Shown here: in pieces, positions 1 through 10,191 of the stretch
How the letters are laid out: the number at the start of each line of letters is the position of its first letter
Position numbering within the stretch: position 1 is the first letter of the stretch
Assembly: GCF_001194135.2 (NCBI RefSeq)
Contig: NC_068987.1
Location: forward strand, 38,365,748-38,402,388
Reading direction: 5' to 3'
Length of the DNA stretch: 36,641 nt
Origin: Octopus bimaculoides
Taxonomy: Eukaryota
Notes under the pieces: model-generated
The model's input: only the letters and a program-made list of their open reading frames with translations
The model's database searches: none
What the model was told of the DNA's origin: nothing
Program-made: the position numbers and the translations under genes

Positions 1-39
1 ATATACATAGAAGCGGAATAGCCTAGATTAACATAGATT

Positions 40-322
40 AGCACATGCATATATGGCTACAGGACATCACCAATTCTGCAAATAACATGAAATGCATAAA
101 CAAACTCGGGAAAAATAAGTGAAATACATAAACAAGGAAAAAATGGAAAACAGGACAATTTATCTATCTGTTCCTTATTTCAAGCATTCAGCGTCATTGA
201 ATGCTCAAAATGAGGAGTAGATAGCTGACAACTGATGAAGTGTCCATTCTCTGTGTTAATTTGCCCTGTTTTCCATTTTTTTCTCGTTATTTATATATTT
301 TACTCATTTGTTTACATATTTC
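40..322. mobile_element. Two oppositely oriented Penelope-like pLTR fragments
   Basis: 118-163 (gtgaaatacataaacaaggaaaaaatggaaaacaggacaattta) is an imperfect inverted repeat of 256-304. It sits next to a Penelope GIY-YIG remnant. The pLTR assignment is by recognition. Confidence 0.5.
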
Positions 323-324
323 AA

Positions 325-492
325 CATCCTTGAAAGACGAAACACCACAACCCTGGCTAAGCACCTATGGTCATTGAAAAAAACTCCATAGAAGACAACA
401 TAAAATGAAGGATATTAGAGAAATGCAAAACTTACTTCAAGAACTGCAGAAAGTGCAGATTATGTCTAGCTGAGAAAAGATCCATATTAAAG
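325..492 (+). mobile_element. Penelope-like element, decayed C-terminal part of GIY-YIG endonuclease
   Basis: Translates with one frameshift and stops as TTLAKHLWSLK..NSIEDNIK*RILEKCKTYFKNCRKCRLCLAEKRSILK. This fits the Penelope 'LSKHIWxLK...W.IL...C.LCLxEK..I' C-terminus. Confidence 0.75.
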
Positions 493-1260
493 AACTCTCA
501 GTGTTCATGTACCTACCTGAACAGTAGATATAGATATGAAATTTTTAATCCTTGCTCACAGGAAAAGAAATCAATTCTATCATACTTATGTGCTCTATCA
601 TGACTATAACTGCCACTTCCCCAAATTTGGCTTGTCCACCACCAATGCCTTTGACCAGAATACACACAAATGCACTCACAGACACATATATGCCCTAACA
701 TGACTGACATTCACCCAACAGATACTTTTTACATTCCCTAATATAAGCCCTTACACTTTTAGTATCCCTACACAAGTACTCCAAAGAATTTAGCCAAAAC
801 TTAAACAAAACACACACAAACACACAGGCACTTATGCAGCCTTTGGGCACCCCTACTCTACCACCTGAAAATGCTACACATGTAGTACCACTGCCCACAT
901 TCTAACTCTACAAGAACACCAACCCTAAAACATACACTTCCTATACACACTTCCAAAAAAACTCGTCACCTTGCAACACCTCCAGAGGCAGTTTTTTTTT
1001 TTTTTTATGCAAAGGGATACAACTCTTAATTTAACCCTTGTTCGGTTCATTTCATCATCTTTTTCACAGCGACTACAAACCAAATTGTCCTTTCCAATAA
1101 TAGAGAGCAGTCCCCTTATTCTTCCATGACTGCCATCTTCTGAAGAGTGCAGGATTACATAATCAGGCTGTTATCTAACACCCCATTGAAACCCTAGTGC
1201 AATTGGTAAGATCAGCCATAATGGATATATAATACTGTACACTTCAATATATATATATAT

Positions 1261-1262
<2 letters not shown>

Positions 1263-1299
<37 letters not shown>
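1263..1299 (+). repeat. (CA)n microsatellite
   Basis: Directly visible dinucleotide run. Confidence 0.95.
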
Positions 1300-1303
<4 letters not shown>

Positions 1304-1319
1304 CCTGCCTACATACATA

Positions 1320-2195
1320 CAAGGGGATACCCAAAAGAAACTGGAATTTTGCAATATTATTTTATCCACTTAGTTTTACATGTTTACACCTTCAAAGTAT
1401 TCTCCATTTGAATTAGTGCTATGGTCTAGACATGTTTTCCGCTGTTTGAAGCAGTGCTGAAACTTCTGCAAAGAGATGGCTTTTAATGCCTCCATTGTTT
1501 TTTTTTTTACCTCTTCCACTCCTGCAAATTCTGTAGCACCAACTTTTGTCATCCGTGTTTACCTTTGAAAAAAAGGTCCAGGTCGACTTCCAGCTGTTCT
1601 TTCAGTTCACGACACGCATTCAGTCCTGACTACTTTTGATCTTCCATGGGCAAGTAAGGCACAAATTTTACTGCAACGCTTTTCATTCGCAATTCCTCAT
1701 TCAAAATTCTTTGGCAGAAGCTCCAGAACACACCAATCATATCATCAAGTTCGTCATTTGTTCAGTGACAGTCCTCCAACATCAGTTCATGAATTTTCAT
1801 GGTGTTTTCGTTCAGGAGATCAATGGTCACCCTGAATGAGGTTGGTCTTCAAACAACAAGTGACCATTCCAAAAGTGTGAAAACTACTCGTAATCTTGTG
1901 TTTTGCTCATGGCAGCATCCTTGTAAGCTGTTTGTAGCATGACAACTGTTTCAGCTGCTGTTTTCTATGGCAGAAAACAGAATTTCATGGAAGCACACTG
2001 TTCCTTTGTTTCAGCCATTGCAAAAATTAACGAATAAGGGAGAAGCACTGCAAAACAAAGGCACACCACATAGCAGTACAACATCACTCAATGATGCCTG
2101 AGGTTCACATCAAGTGACTTCTAGTGGCAGAAGCCTGAACTACAACGGGCTTGTCCCACAGAGAACATTTCCGATCACTTTTGGTTATCTCCTCA
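1320..2195 (-). mobile_element. Internally deleted mariner-type DNA transposon
   Basis: TA at both ends (1318-1319, 2196-2197) and ~30-bp imperfect TIRs (caaggggatacccaaaagaaactggaa / ttccgatcacttttggttatctcctca). The minus strand gives decayed mariner N-terminal transposase (...NENTMKIHELMLED...QRILNEELRMKSVAVKFVPYL..EDQK). The DDD domain is missing. Confidence 0.8.
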
Positions 2196-2199
2196 TACG

Positions 2200-2570
2200 T
2201 ACCTACCTTTTATCTTTCCTTTGCCTCAGTCATTAGACTGCAACCATGTAATATAAGGGTTTTCAACCCCAGTACTTATTTTTTGAGTCTGCTACTTACA
2301 GCAGTCTATTTTGCCAAACCGATAAGTTACAGAGACATAAACAAAGTGATGGTAGGGGAAAAAAATCCATGCACAAAGACACATAGGTATATAGGTATAT
2401 ACACAACATATAGACATATACACAACAGGCTTCTTTCAGTTTCCAACATATAAATATATACACAGCATATAGATATATACACAACAGGCTTCTTTCAGTT
2501 TCCATCTTCCAAATCCTCTCATAAGACTTTGATTAGCCGGGAGCTATATTGTGGTTGAGCATGCAACCAC
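2200..2570 (-). mobile_element. Decayed tRNA-derived SINE (Octopus-type) with an internal 60-bp tandem duplication
   Basis: Contains aggcttctttcagtttcca and ttgccaaaccgataagttac, shared with the SINE copies at 34867 and 36084. 2397-2446 is repeated at 2457-2506. Confidence 0.7.
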
Positions 2571-3437
2571 ACAGTTGTATGTGCTCACCACACACACACA
2601 CACATGCACTCACACATATGCATATTTACATAGACAGTGATAGCATGTGTATAAATATACATATGTGTGTGTGTTTGCATATGTGCATGAATGTGTTACC
2701 TAATAGTTGGAAAAATAAATGAGTTAGTTCAGGAAAGGTAAGAATAGAAAAACAGACTAAACTGAAAGAAAGAAAAAGAATTATATATATCTTTATAAAT
2801 GTTACGTGAATGATATTTTGAAAACAAAAGAATGTAATATGTATGTGTGTGTGTGAAATTGTTGAAATAAATATTATTTATAATAAAAATTGTACAACGA
2901 TGAGTGAAACCTCTCACTGCACTTCACCTGCATTTAGCATTTCTGAGTATCACTCACTCACATTCGGTTTATTGTTTTAGTTTCCTTCTGCTAGTGTAAC
3001 TGATGTGAAACACATTGCATTTTACTATATGTAAGATAAGATTAATTAAGCATTAAGAAGAATGAACTTTCAAATACAAAGAACAAACACAAAAACTAAT
3101 TAGAGATGCTGTTACAGCAACGAAGTAGAAATGCTGTTGGATAATTTAGAAAAATTTCATCAAGTATTATGAGACAAATACAAAACCTAAACAGAATGAC
3201 TGCAGCTCATGTTGAATGATTTAGAAAGTATAAATTATATAATTTAGAATAAATTCTACAGCTTCAAATACTAGAGTATTACTCACAAAAAGTATATATA
3301 TATACAAAGACACATAGTTTATTATATATATTGATGTATTTACAATTAATAAGAGGAATGACCACTAAATTGGATTCCTATATGCTAAAGATAGACGTAT
3401 TGATGTATCTATGTATGTATTTGTATACACTTCTTTT

Positions 3438-3438
<1 letters not shown>

Positions 3439-3481
<43 letters not shown>

Positions 3482-3501
3482 TATGTGTATATATATATAT
3501 A
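3439..3501 (+). repeat. (GT)n/(AT)n compound microsatellite
   Basis: Directly visible. Confidence 0.95.
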
Positions 3502-3504
3502 TGT

Positions 3505-3732
3505 TCTGGAGCCATTGTTATGATCGGCCATTATTATGATTGACCGTTGACTGAACACTATTCAATTTTTTTTCTCCGTGTTTTTCTCCTTGTCTCCGTA
3601 TTCTTTCTGTTGAAGAGCGTAGCTCGAAACGTCAAAAACTTTCCGTATTCCCGAGCGTCATACTAATATATACTTTTGTTATTTACACCACCTGTCCTCG
3701 TCTGTTGTTATTTTTTGTATATTCTCCCATAT
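3505..3732 (+). mobile_element. Penelope-like pLTR fragment with a hammerhead-like motif
   Basis: Contains tctttCTGTTGAAgagcgtagctcGAAAcgTC at 3602-3633. It is flanked by (AT)n and a gap. Family assignment is by recognition. Confidence 0.5.
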
Positions 3733-3924
3733 NNNNNNNNNNNNNNNNNNNNNNNNNNNNNNNNNNNNNNNNNNNNNNNNNNNNNNNNNNNNNNNNNNNN
3801 NNNNNNNNNNNNNNNNNNNNNNNNNNNNNNNNNNNNNNNNNNNNNNNNNNNNNNNNNNNNNNNNNNNNNNNNNNNNNNNNNNNNNNNNNNNNNNNNNNNN
3901 NNNNNNNNNNNNNNNNNNNNNNNN
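3733..3924. other. Assembly gap (N)
   Basis: N run. Confidence 1.
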
Positions 3925-3992
3925 AAAGTATATATTTAAATTATGTCAGAAAAATGTTATAAAATCTTTTTAGTATATAAACATTGTATTTT

Positions 3993-4031
3993 GAGAAATA
4001 ACCGGTTTCGTGTTGTCTTTTCAAATTTCTC
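3993..4031 (-). ncRNA. Mirror copy of the minimal hammerhead motif on the opposite strand
   Basis: Exact reverse complement of 4087-4125 in the left palindrome arm. Confidence 0.65.
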
Positions 4032-4086
4032 TACTTCATTGTAATGTGTTCGTTTCAGTCTGAAGCGAACGTGTTACAATGAAGTA

Positions 4087-4125
4087 GAGAAATTTGAAAA
4101 GACAACACGAAACCGGTTATTTCTC
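4087..4125 (+). ncRNA. Minimal type-I hammerhead ribozyme motif, U3-A8 core variant
   Basis: Stem I GAGAAAT(4087-93)/ATTTCTC(4119-25); 7-nt core TTGAAAA(4094-4100); G4101-C4108 stem II pair; GAAA(4109-12); palindromic CCGG; U4117; H17=U4118. Confidence 0.65.
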
Positions 4126-4264
4126 AAAATACAATGTTTATATACTAAAAAGATTTTATAACATTTTTCTGACATAATTTAAATATATACTTTAACCATG
4201 TAACACAAGCCTTCTGTAGTTTTTTCACTCTTATTATCATATATATATATGCACATGGGATTTA

Positions 4265-4470
4265 AATAGTCCACTCTGCTGGGTGGATTGGTGTTAGGGA
4301 GGGCATCCAGCTGTAAAAATCCTGTCAAAACAGTCACAGAATAGCAGTCTCCTGCAGGCTTCTGCCTGGTCAGCTCCTGTCAAAGTGTTCCACCCACGCT
4401 AGCATGGAAGGCAGATGATGATGATGAGGATGATGATGATGATGAAGATGATGATGATGATGATGATGAA

Positions 4471-4501
<31 letters not shown>
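4265..4501 (+). mobile_element. RTE-type LINE 3' end with (GAT)n tail
   Basis: ggtgttagggagggcatccagctgtaaaa...gctagcatggaag followed by (GAT)n at ~4415-4501. It is the same terminal motif as the RTE 3' ends at 14.5, 28.1, 28.6 and 36.3 kb. Confidence 0.75.
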
Positions 4502-4954
4502 TGACCCCTAATAACACAGCTTTGTCTTACTTTTGATATTTACATTTGCTATCTTTTATTGTTATCAGTTTGTCTGATACATTTGACCAATCCCATCTAA
4601 CTATGGAAAAAGTGATTAATTGCTTACTTGGCCATGCTGAGCTGGCAGATGAGCAGATAGCATGCTTCTTTCTAGATTTATTACCATTGTTATTATTTGA
4701 ATTTATTCTTTTGATCCATTATTTGTTGCTTTCATTTATTTGAGTCTCTCTAATATATATTAGCAATGGTGACTGGAATTTCATATTTTGAAAATATCTG
4801 TGATAAGATAATAATCACATCATGTACAACTATTACATTATTGTATTAGTAATGATATACTTGTGAAGATTTATGTGAGATATTGAAATGACTATAGGAA
4901 ATGTAGTTTTTGAAATATGCACACATACATCCTCTGTGTGTGTGTGTGTGTGTT

Positions 4955-5170
4955 GACAACTAGCTATGAGTCCTTTTCTCCCTGCACCTTGAAGAGCGGT
5001 TATAGGTCACCAGCCATTAGGGTCTGAATAAATGCTGTAAAATTAAATGCTTTATGGACGTGAAATCCAGAGTAACCCCATAGACCAACCATAGTTATTT
5101 TTATCTAATTACTCTACTGCTCTATAACTTAGAGTGTGCTTCTCTTTTGGATTTACGATTTCCTGATGAT
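4955..5170 (+). mobile_element. Probable Penelope pLTR with a decayed hammerhead (5020-5078)
   Basis: gggt-CTGAATA...GAAA-tccagag-TA-accc: stem I pairs and G8 has become U. It lies immediately upstream of a GIY-YIG fragment. Confidence 0.45.
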
Positions 5171-5189
5171 TTATATATATATGTGTGTG

Positions 5190-5586
5190 TGTCTTAAAAC
5201 ACCTTATGGAATAGCAGACGCCAACCAAAAAACCTTAAAAAACACCTGACAAGGGCAGAATTCATATCAGAGACTAAACCAGAATTCATAGTAAAAGAAT
5301 GTGGTGATAGGAGATGTGGAACGTGTAACAATACCAACAACTACAAATACATAGAAAGTGGTTCCCACATAAAATTCAAGAACGGATCTATTTTTAAAAT
5401 AAATGCAGATATGAACTGCAAAACACGAAATCTCATATACTGCATCACCTGTCCAAACTGTAAAGAAAATTACATTGGCGAAACGAATAACTCACTCTGT
5501 CAACGTGCAAGAATTCACAGGCAACATATCCGACAAGAAGAACTAAGAATGAATTCCATTAAGTAAACATCTGGAAATATGCGGAG
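5190..5586 (+). mobile_element. Penelope-like element GIY-YIG endonuclease fragment
   Basis: KNLKKHLTRAEF..VKECGDRRCGTC...FKINADMNCKTRNLIYCITCPNCKENYIGETNNSLCQRARIHRQHI...PLSKHLEICG, with the CxxC linker and the IY...YIGET motif. It is cut by a gap. Confidence 0.9.
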
Positions 5587-6481
5587 NNNNNNNNNNNNNN
5601 NNNNNNNNNNNNNNNNNNNNNNNNNNNNNNNNNNNNNNNNNNNNNNNNNNNNNNNNNNNNNNNNNNNNNNNNNNNNNNNNNNNNNNNNNNNNNNNNNNNN
5701 NNNNNNNNNNNNNNNNNNNNNNNNNNNNNNNNNNNNNNNNNNNNNNNNNNNNNNNNNNNNNNNNNNNNNNNNNNNNNNNNNNNNNNNNNNNNNNNNNNNN
5801 NNNNNNNNNNNNNNNNNNNNNNNNNNNNNNNNNNNNNNNNNNNNNNNNNNNNNNNNNNNNNNNNNNNNNNNNNNNNNNNNNNNNNNNNNNNNNNNNNNNN
5901 NNNNNNNNNNNNNNNNNNNNNNNNNNNNNNNNNNNNNNNNNNNNNNNNNNNNNNNNNNNNNNNNNNNNNNNNNNNNNNNNNNNNNNNNNNNNNNNNNNNN
6001 NNNNNNNNNNNNNNNNNNNNNNNNNNNNNNNNNNNNNNNNNNNNNNNNNNNNNNNNNNNNNNNNNNNNNNNNNNNNNNNNNNNNNNNNNNNNNNNNNNNN
6101 NNNNNNNNNNNNNNNNNNNNNNNNNNNNNNNNNNNNNNNNNNNNNNNNNNNNNNNNNNNNNNNNNNNNNNNNNNNNNNNNNNNNNNNNNNNNNNNNNNNN
6201 NNNNNNNNNNNNNNNNNNNNNNNNNNNNNNNNNNNNNNNNNNNNNNNNNNNNNNNNNNNNNNNNNNNNNNNNNNNNNNNNNNNNNNNNNNNNNNNNNNNN
6301 NNNNNNNNNNNNNNNNNNNNNNNNNNNNNNNNNNNNNNNNNNNNNNNNNNNNNNNNNNNNNNNNNNNNNNNNNNNNNNNNNNNNNNNNNNNNNNNNNNNN
6401 NNNNNNNNNNNNNNNNNNNNNNNNNNNNNNNNNNNNNNNNNNNNNNNNNNNNNNNNNNNNNNNNNNNNNNNNNNNNNNNNN
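5587..6481. other. Assembly gap (N)
   Basis: N run. Confidence 1.
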
Positions 6482-6789
6482 TATATATATATATATATAT
6501 ATATATATGTTATATTATATCTATAATGTATAATATATATATATATATATATACACATACATACACCCTTGTGCTCACCTTATAGTAGGTATGTATCTAA
6601 ATTTTGTACGACTTACTTTATCTTTTGTTCCCCTTCTCATTTTACTTCCTTTCTCTCTTTCCCCCTCTCTCATATTTCTTGGCCCTCTCTTTCTTTAACT
6701 CCCACTCGTTTATCTCCACTGCACCTTTCTCTTTGTCTGATTTTTTTCTAATCTTCCAATCCCACTGTCCCCTACCCATTTCTCCTCCT

Positions 6790-7280
6790 TCCACGTGACC
6801 GGTGTCTAGCCAGCCATGATCTTTCTTTCCTGGCCAGCCTGCTGACCGTCAATGCGTCTTGTGTCCATCTCCCATGTTCCTGCCTTTAGGCTTTCAGTTC
6901 ATTCATGCCAGCTCAATTTGAATTGTTCTCAGTCAAAAGACACCTGTTGTTATTTCTTGTTGTTGTATTCATAATTGTGTACCATGTTCTCCATTTTTCT
7001 GTTTGTTTGTTTTTTCATCTTTGTTGTCGTACACATTTGCTAGCTTTCTTACAAGGGAGGCTAATGCTCTTAGCTTAGACTTTTTTGGGGACAACCAGAT
7101 TGAACCATTTCAAGTGTAACTGTCCGAAATGGTCATGACTTCTGGTACTTGACTGATGAAAGAGCAAAGACTGACCTGTCTTTTTTTGCATGTCCTTCTA
7201 ATTGTTATTTTTCTTGTCTGCCTTTGTGTCGTCTATGTGTCTGAACGTTTTAATGCCCTCTATTGTGTTTTTGTTCCATT

Positions 7281-7285
<5 letters not shown>
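6790..7285 (+). mobile_element. Probable Penelope-like pLTR
   Basis: T-rich repeat containing ccgaaatggtc and actgatgaaag motifs similar to the other pLTR pieces here. Recognition only. Confidence 0.4.
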
Positions 7286-7313
<28 letters not shown>

Positions 7314-7546
7314 NNNNNNNNNNNNNNNNNNNNNNNNNNNNNNNNNNNNNNNNNNNNNNNNNNNNNNNNNNNNNNNNNNNNNNNNNNNNNNNNNNNNNNN
7401 NNNNNNNNNNNNNNNNNNNNNNNNNNNNNNNNNNNNNNNNNNNNNNNNNNNNNNNNNNNNNNNNNNNNNNNNNNNNNNNNNNNNNNNNNNNNNNNNNNNN
7501 NNNNNNNNNNNNNNNNNNNNNNNNNNNNNNNNNNNNNNNNNNNNNN
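7314..7546. other. Assembly gap (N)
   Basis: N run. Confidence 1.
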
Positions 7547-8905
7547 ACACCCCCACCCCCCAATTAAATACCCTCATTTTCTTTATTAATCATATATCTA
7601 ACACATATATACTAAATTGCTTATGGATATGAAACATTTGATCATATATCACTGTAGAAACCTTGTTTAAAACATCTGATGACTAAAGATAGCAAAAACA
7701 TTGAGATATAAGATAATTGGTAGGTAGGTACCCCTCCAGCATGGTCAAATTATAACTTTTCAATGTGTTAAATGATTTACTTTTAGAATATGTATACATT
7801 TGTTAAGTGATTTTCTTTTGTTTTTCAGATTATTTCAGATCTAAATTGTATTATAATTTTACAAAAATACCTACTTAAATTTAAATTGATATAATTTAAG
7901 TATATAAGATTATATAAATAAAATTATAGAAATAAAAGCCATAATTCAGCATGTGGATTCCCTGCAGAATTTCCTACAGCAATGACCCCATCAAAGGCTG
8001 ATGTATTCCAACATTATTTATACATAAGAAAACATTAAGAACAGATATTAAAAACTTCACCCACAGCAAAAGAATGCTACCAGATTGTTGCTGCAGATGT
8101 GAAAACAATATGGGACAACTTTTCATTTTCTTATATTGGGTTTGAGGGAATAACTCTAAAAATTGAGAGATAGATAGAATCTGCTTATAAATTAAACAAT
8201 ACACTTATCAGGCAAAGAGGAGATAGTTTTGATAAGAAATTAGAAGAGTTCAATGAAATGTTTGAGACATGCACTTGTTATGTCAAACAAATAAAAAGAT
8301 CTGACTGTCATAGCCAAGGAGTCAAGTATGCTATCAATTTAGTGACTAAAGCTTCTGAAGTCAGAATAGGCTATGAAAATAGGCACAAATTCATATTAAA
8401 TATACAGAAATCAAGACAAAGTTTACCTCACTTTGACTGGAAAAGAATGGTCAATGCTTATTTTATGGTGTTCACTGTTTAGGCATTTTGTTTGATGTAC
8501 ATGCATATTTTTTTTTATTGCATATCATAAGTCATTAAGAATTTACATTTTTTTTACATTGAAAGTGCTTTTCTGAATATAGGCTTTTTTTTTTTTGTAA
8601 AAAAATTAATACAAACTATATAAATAGTTAAAGATTCCAATAACTGTTTTTTCAGGTGGTTGGTGGGGTTGCATATAATTTATAAAATGTTATATAGGTA
8701 AGATTTAATCAATACAAAGTTAATAGCATTAAAACAAGTTTATAGTTTCTTACATTTTCAGTATTCAAAATGCAGAATTAGGGGGTGGACATGCAAGGGG
8801 TAGGAGTAGTCGCATACTTTTTAAATTTGTTAATTTAGTTTTCACACCAAAATGAACTCCAAGCAATATGTGGCATCAGAATATAAAATTTCACCCCCTC
8901 CCCCA

Positions 8906-8906
<1 letters not shown>
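7547..8906 (+). mobile_element. Internally deleted hAT-superfamily (hATm-like) DNA transposon remnant
   Basis: 7960-8450 translates FPTAMTPSKADVFQHYLYIR...VAADVKTIWD...ITLKIE fused to DCHSQGVKYAINLVTKASEVRIGYENRHKFILNIQKSRQSLPHFD. These resemble transposase N- and C-termini (CHTQxVERxVKLVTEAS...SR..LP.F). Subterminal inverted motif: ccaccccccaatt (7552-7564) / aattagggggtgg (8776-8788). Confidence 0.5.
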
Positions 8907-8940
<34 letters not shown>

Positions 8941-9454
8941 GAAAACAAAATTATTTTATTCCACATAGGTAGAGATATAGAAAAAAAAGAAGTTGAAAAT
9001 GCACTGAGAATAGTTTAAATACTTTTCATTACTATATTTAAAGCTTTAACTGGTTTCACAGTTTACACTGATTTTCAAAAAGTTCAAATAGTAAGACATG
9101 GCTTATGTTGCAGCTGTCTTGCTTCTGACTAGTGTTTGAAGCTAACCCTATTTTTACAGGAGGTTCATGGCTCAAATTAGTATGTTTTGAATAGGATTTG
9201 ATTGGTAGAGGATAGTCACATGACTGATCTTTGAAATTTTTGTAGGTTCCCTGCATGTTTGATGTTGGAAGTTAAGACTGACACGGTTGACTGAACAAAT
9301 CCAAACAATCAATGCTCTGAATGCTTTGTGTCAAGTGTTTGTAGAGAATGACCACATGATTAAGTTTATAACCTTTTGTACATTTCCCATCTAAAAAGAA
9401 GGCCCACACGGTTGTGTGAATATGTTTAATTATAATCAAGGCACTCTAAATTTA

Positions 9455-9572
9455 ACCTGTCTGGTGGGAGACTGGCACCTGTGCCAGTGGAGCGCTAACA
9501 ACACCATCTGAGCAGGATCACTGCCAGAGCAGCAGTCTCGCTCCCGTGCCGGTGGGACGTAAAAAGAACCAT
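9455..9572 (+). mobile_element. RTE 3' UTR repeat fragment
   Basis: Reverse complement of the ttttacgtgccaccggcac.../gatcacgctcg repeat units at 28230-28500. Confidence 0.6.
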
Positions 9573-10191
9573 ATACTCAGGGAATAGATTTGAAATATAA
9601 GCAAGAGAATTCAAATGTGCTCTTATCAACATCAACAACATCAATATCAATACCAATGATATTAATAAAATAACAGTATGATAATCTTCCAAAATAGTAA
9701 CAGAAATAACAATACCAATAATCATGGGGTTTATGATAAGAGGGTAATGGTCCCAATACAGGAAGGAAAGTAAGAAATTAAAGTTAAAATAAGATATTAA
9801 AAGGATCTAGTCTTTCTCATTCACAAAATGAGCCTTAATTTTGCTCAGATCACTTTCAATTTTGGTGTATCGATGCAACTCTGAATTTTGATTATGATCA
9901 ACCAACTACTTTATCTCGTAAATTAAAGAATTTAATGTTATTTGGCATTAAAGTTAGGAAATTTAGGTAATTTTAGCCAACCAACAGACAGCGTGGCATT
10001 AGCAGCTTGTTACCATGACAACCATATGCTGCGTTGTGTTTCATTGTTTGTGTTGCTGTTGTCTGTTGATTTTTCACGTTTAATTCTTCACACTACATGA
10101 TTCTTTTCACCCATGTGTTTTGTTTTAATTTTTCTGTGTGTTAGTATTTTTTTGTGTGTTAGTTTTTAAATACTAAGTTGGCCCCCAACTT

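Larger units (their letters stand above)
3925..4193. repeat. 269-bp palindrome (134-bp arms, 1-nt spacer at 4059)
   Basis: 3925-4044 is the exact reverse complement of 4074-4193. The inner 14 bp have 4 transition mismatches. Confidence 0.97.

Noticed and set aside
4546-4743. 65-aa + strand ORF with an acceptor-like 5' end, and a minus-strand 9/14-nt microexon at ~4638-4651
   Set aside because: No recognisable domain, no convincing donor on +, and the minus-strand frames upstream contain stops. It is 15 kb from any other candidate exon.
5515-6558. Long ORFs spanning N runs (also 3676, 7198, 14770, 30497 groups)
   Set aside because: Artefacts of assembly gaps.
9056-9382. Minus-strand ORFs including DGKCTKGY (Helitron Rep-like word) and + strand mini-exon candidates
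   Set aside because: The similarity is limited to 6-7 residues, and the splice sites are at chance level.
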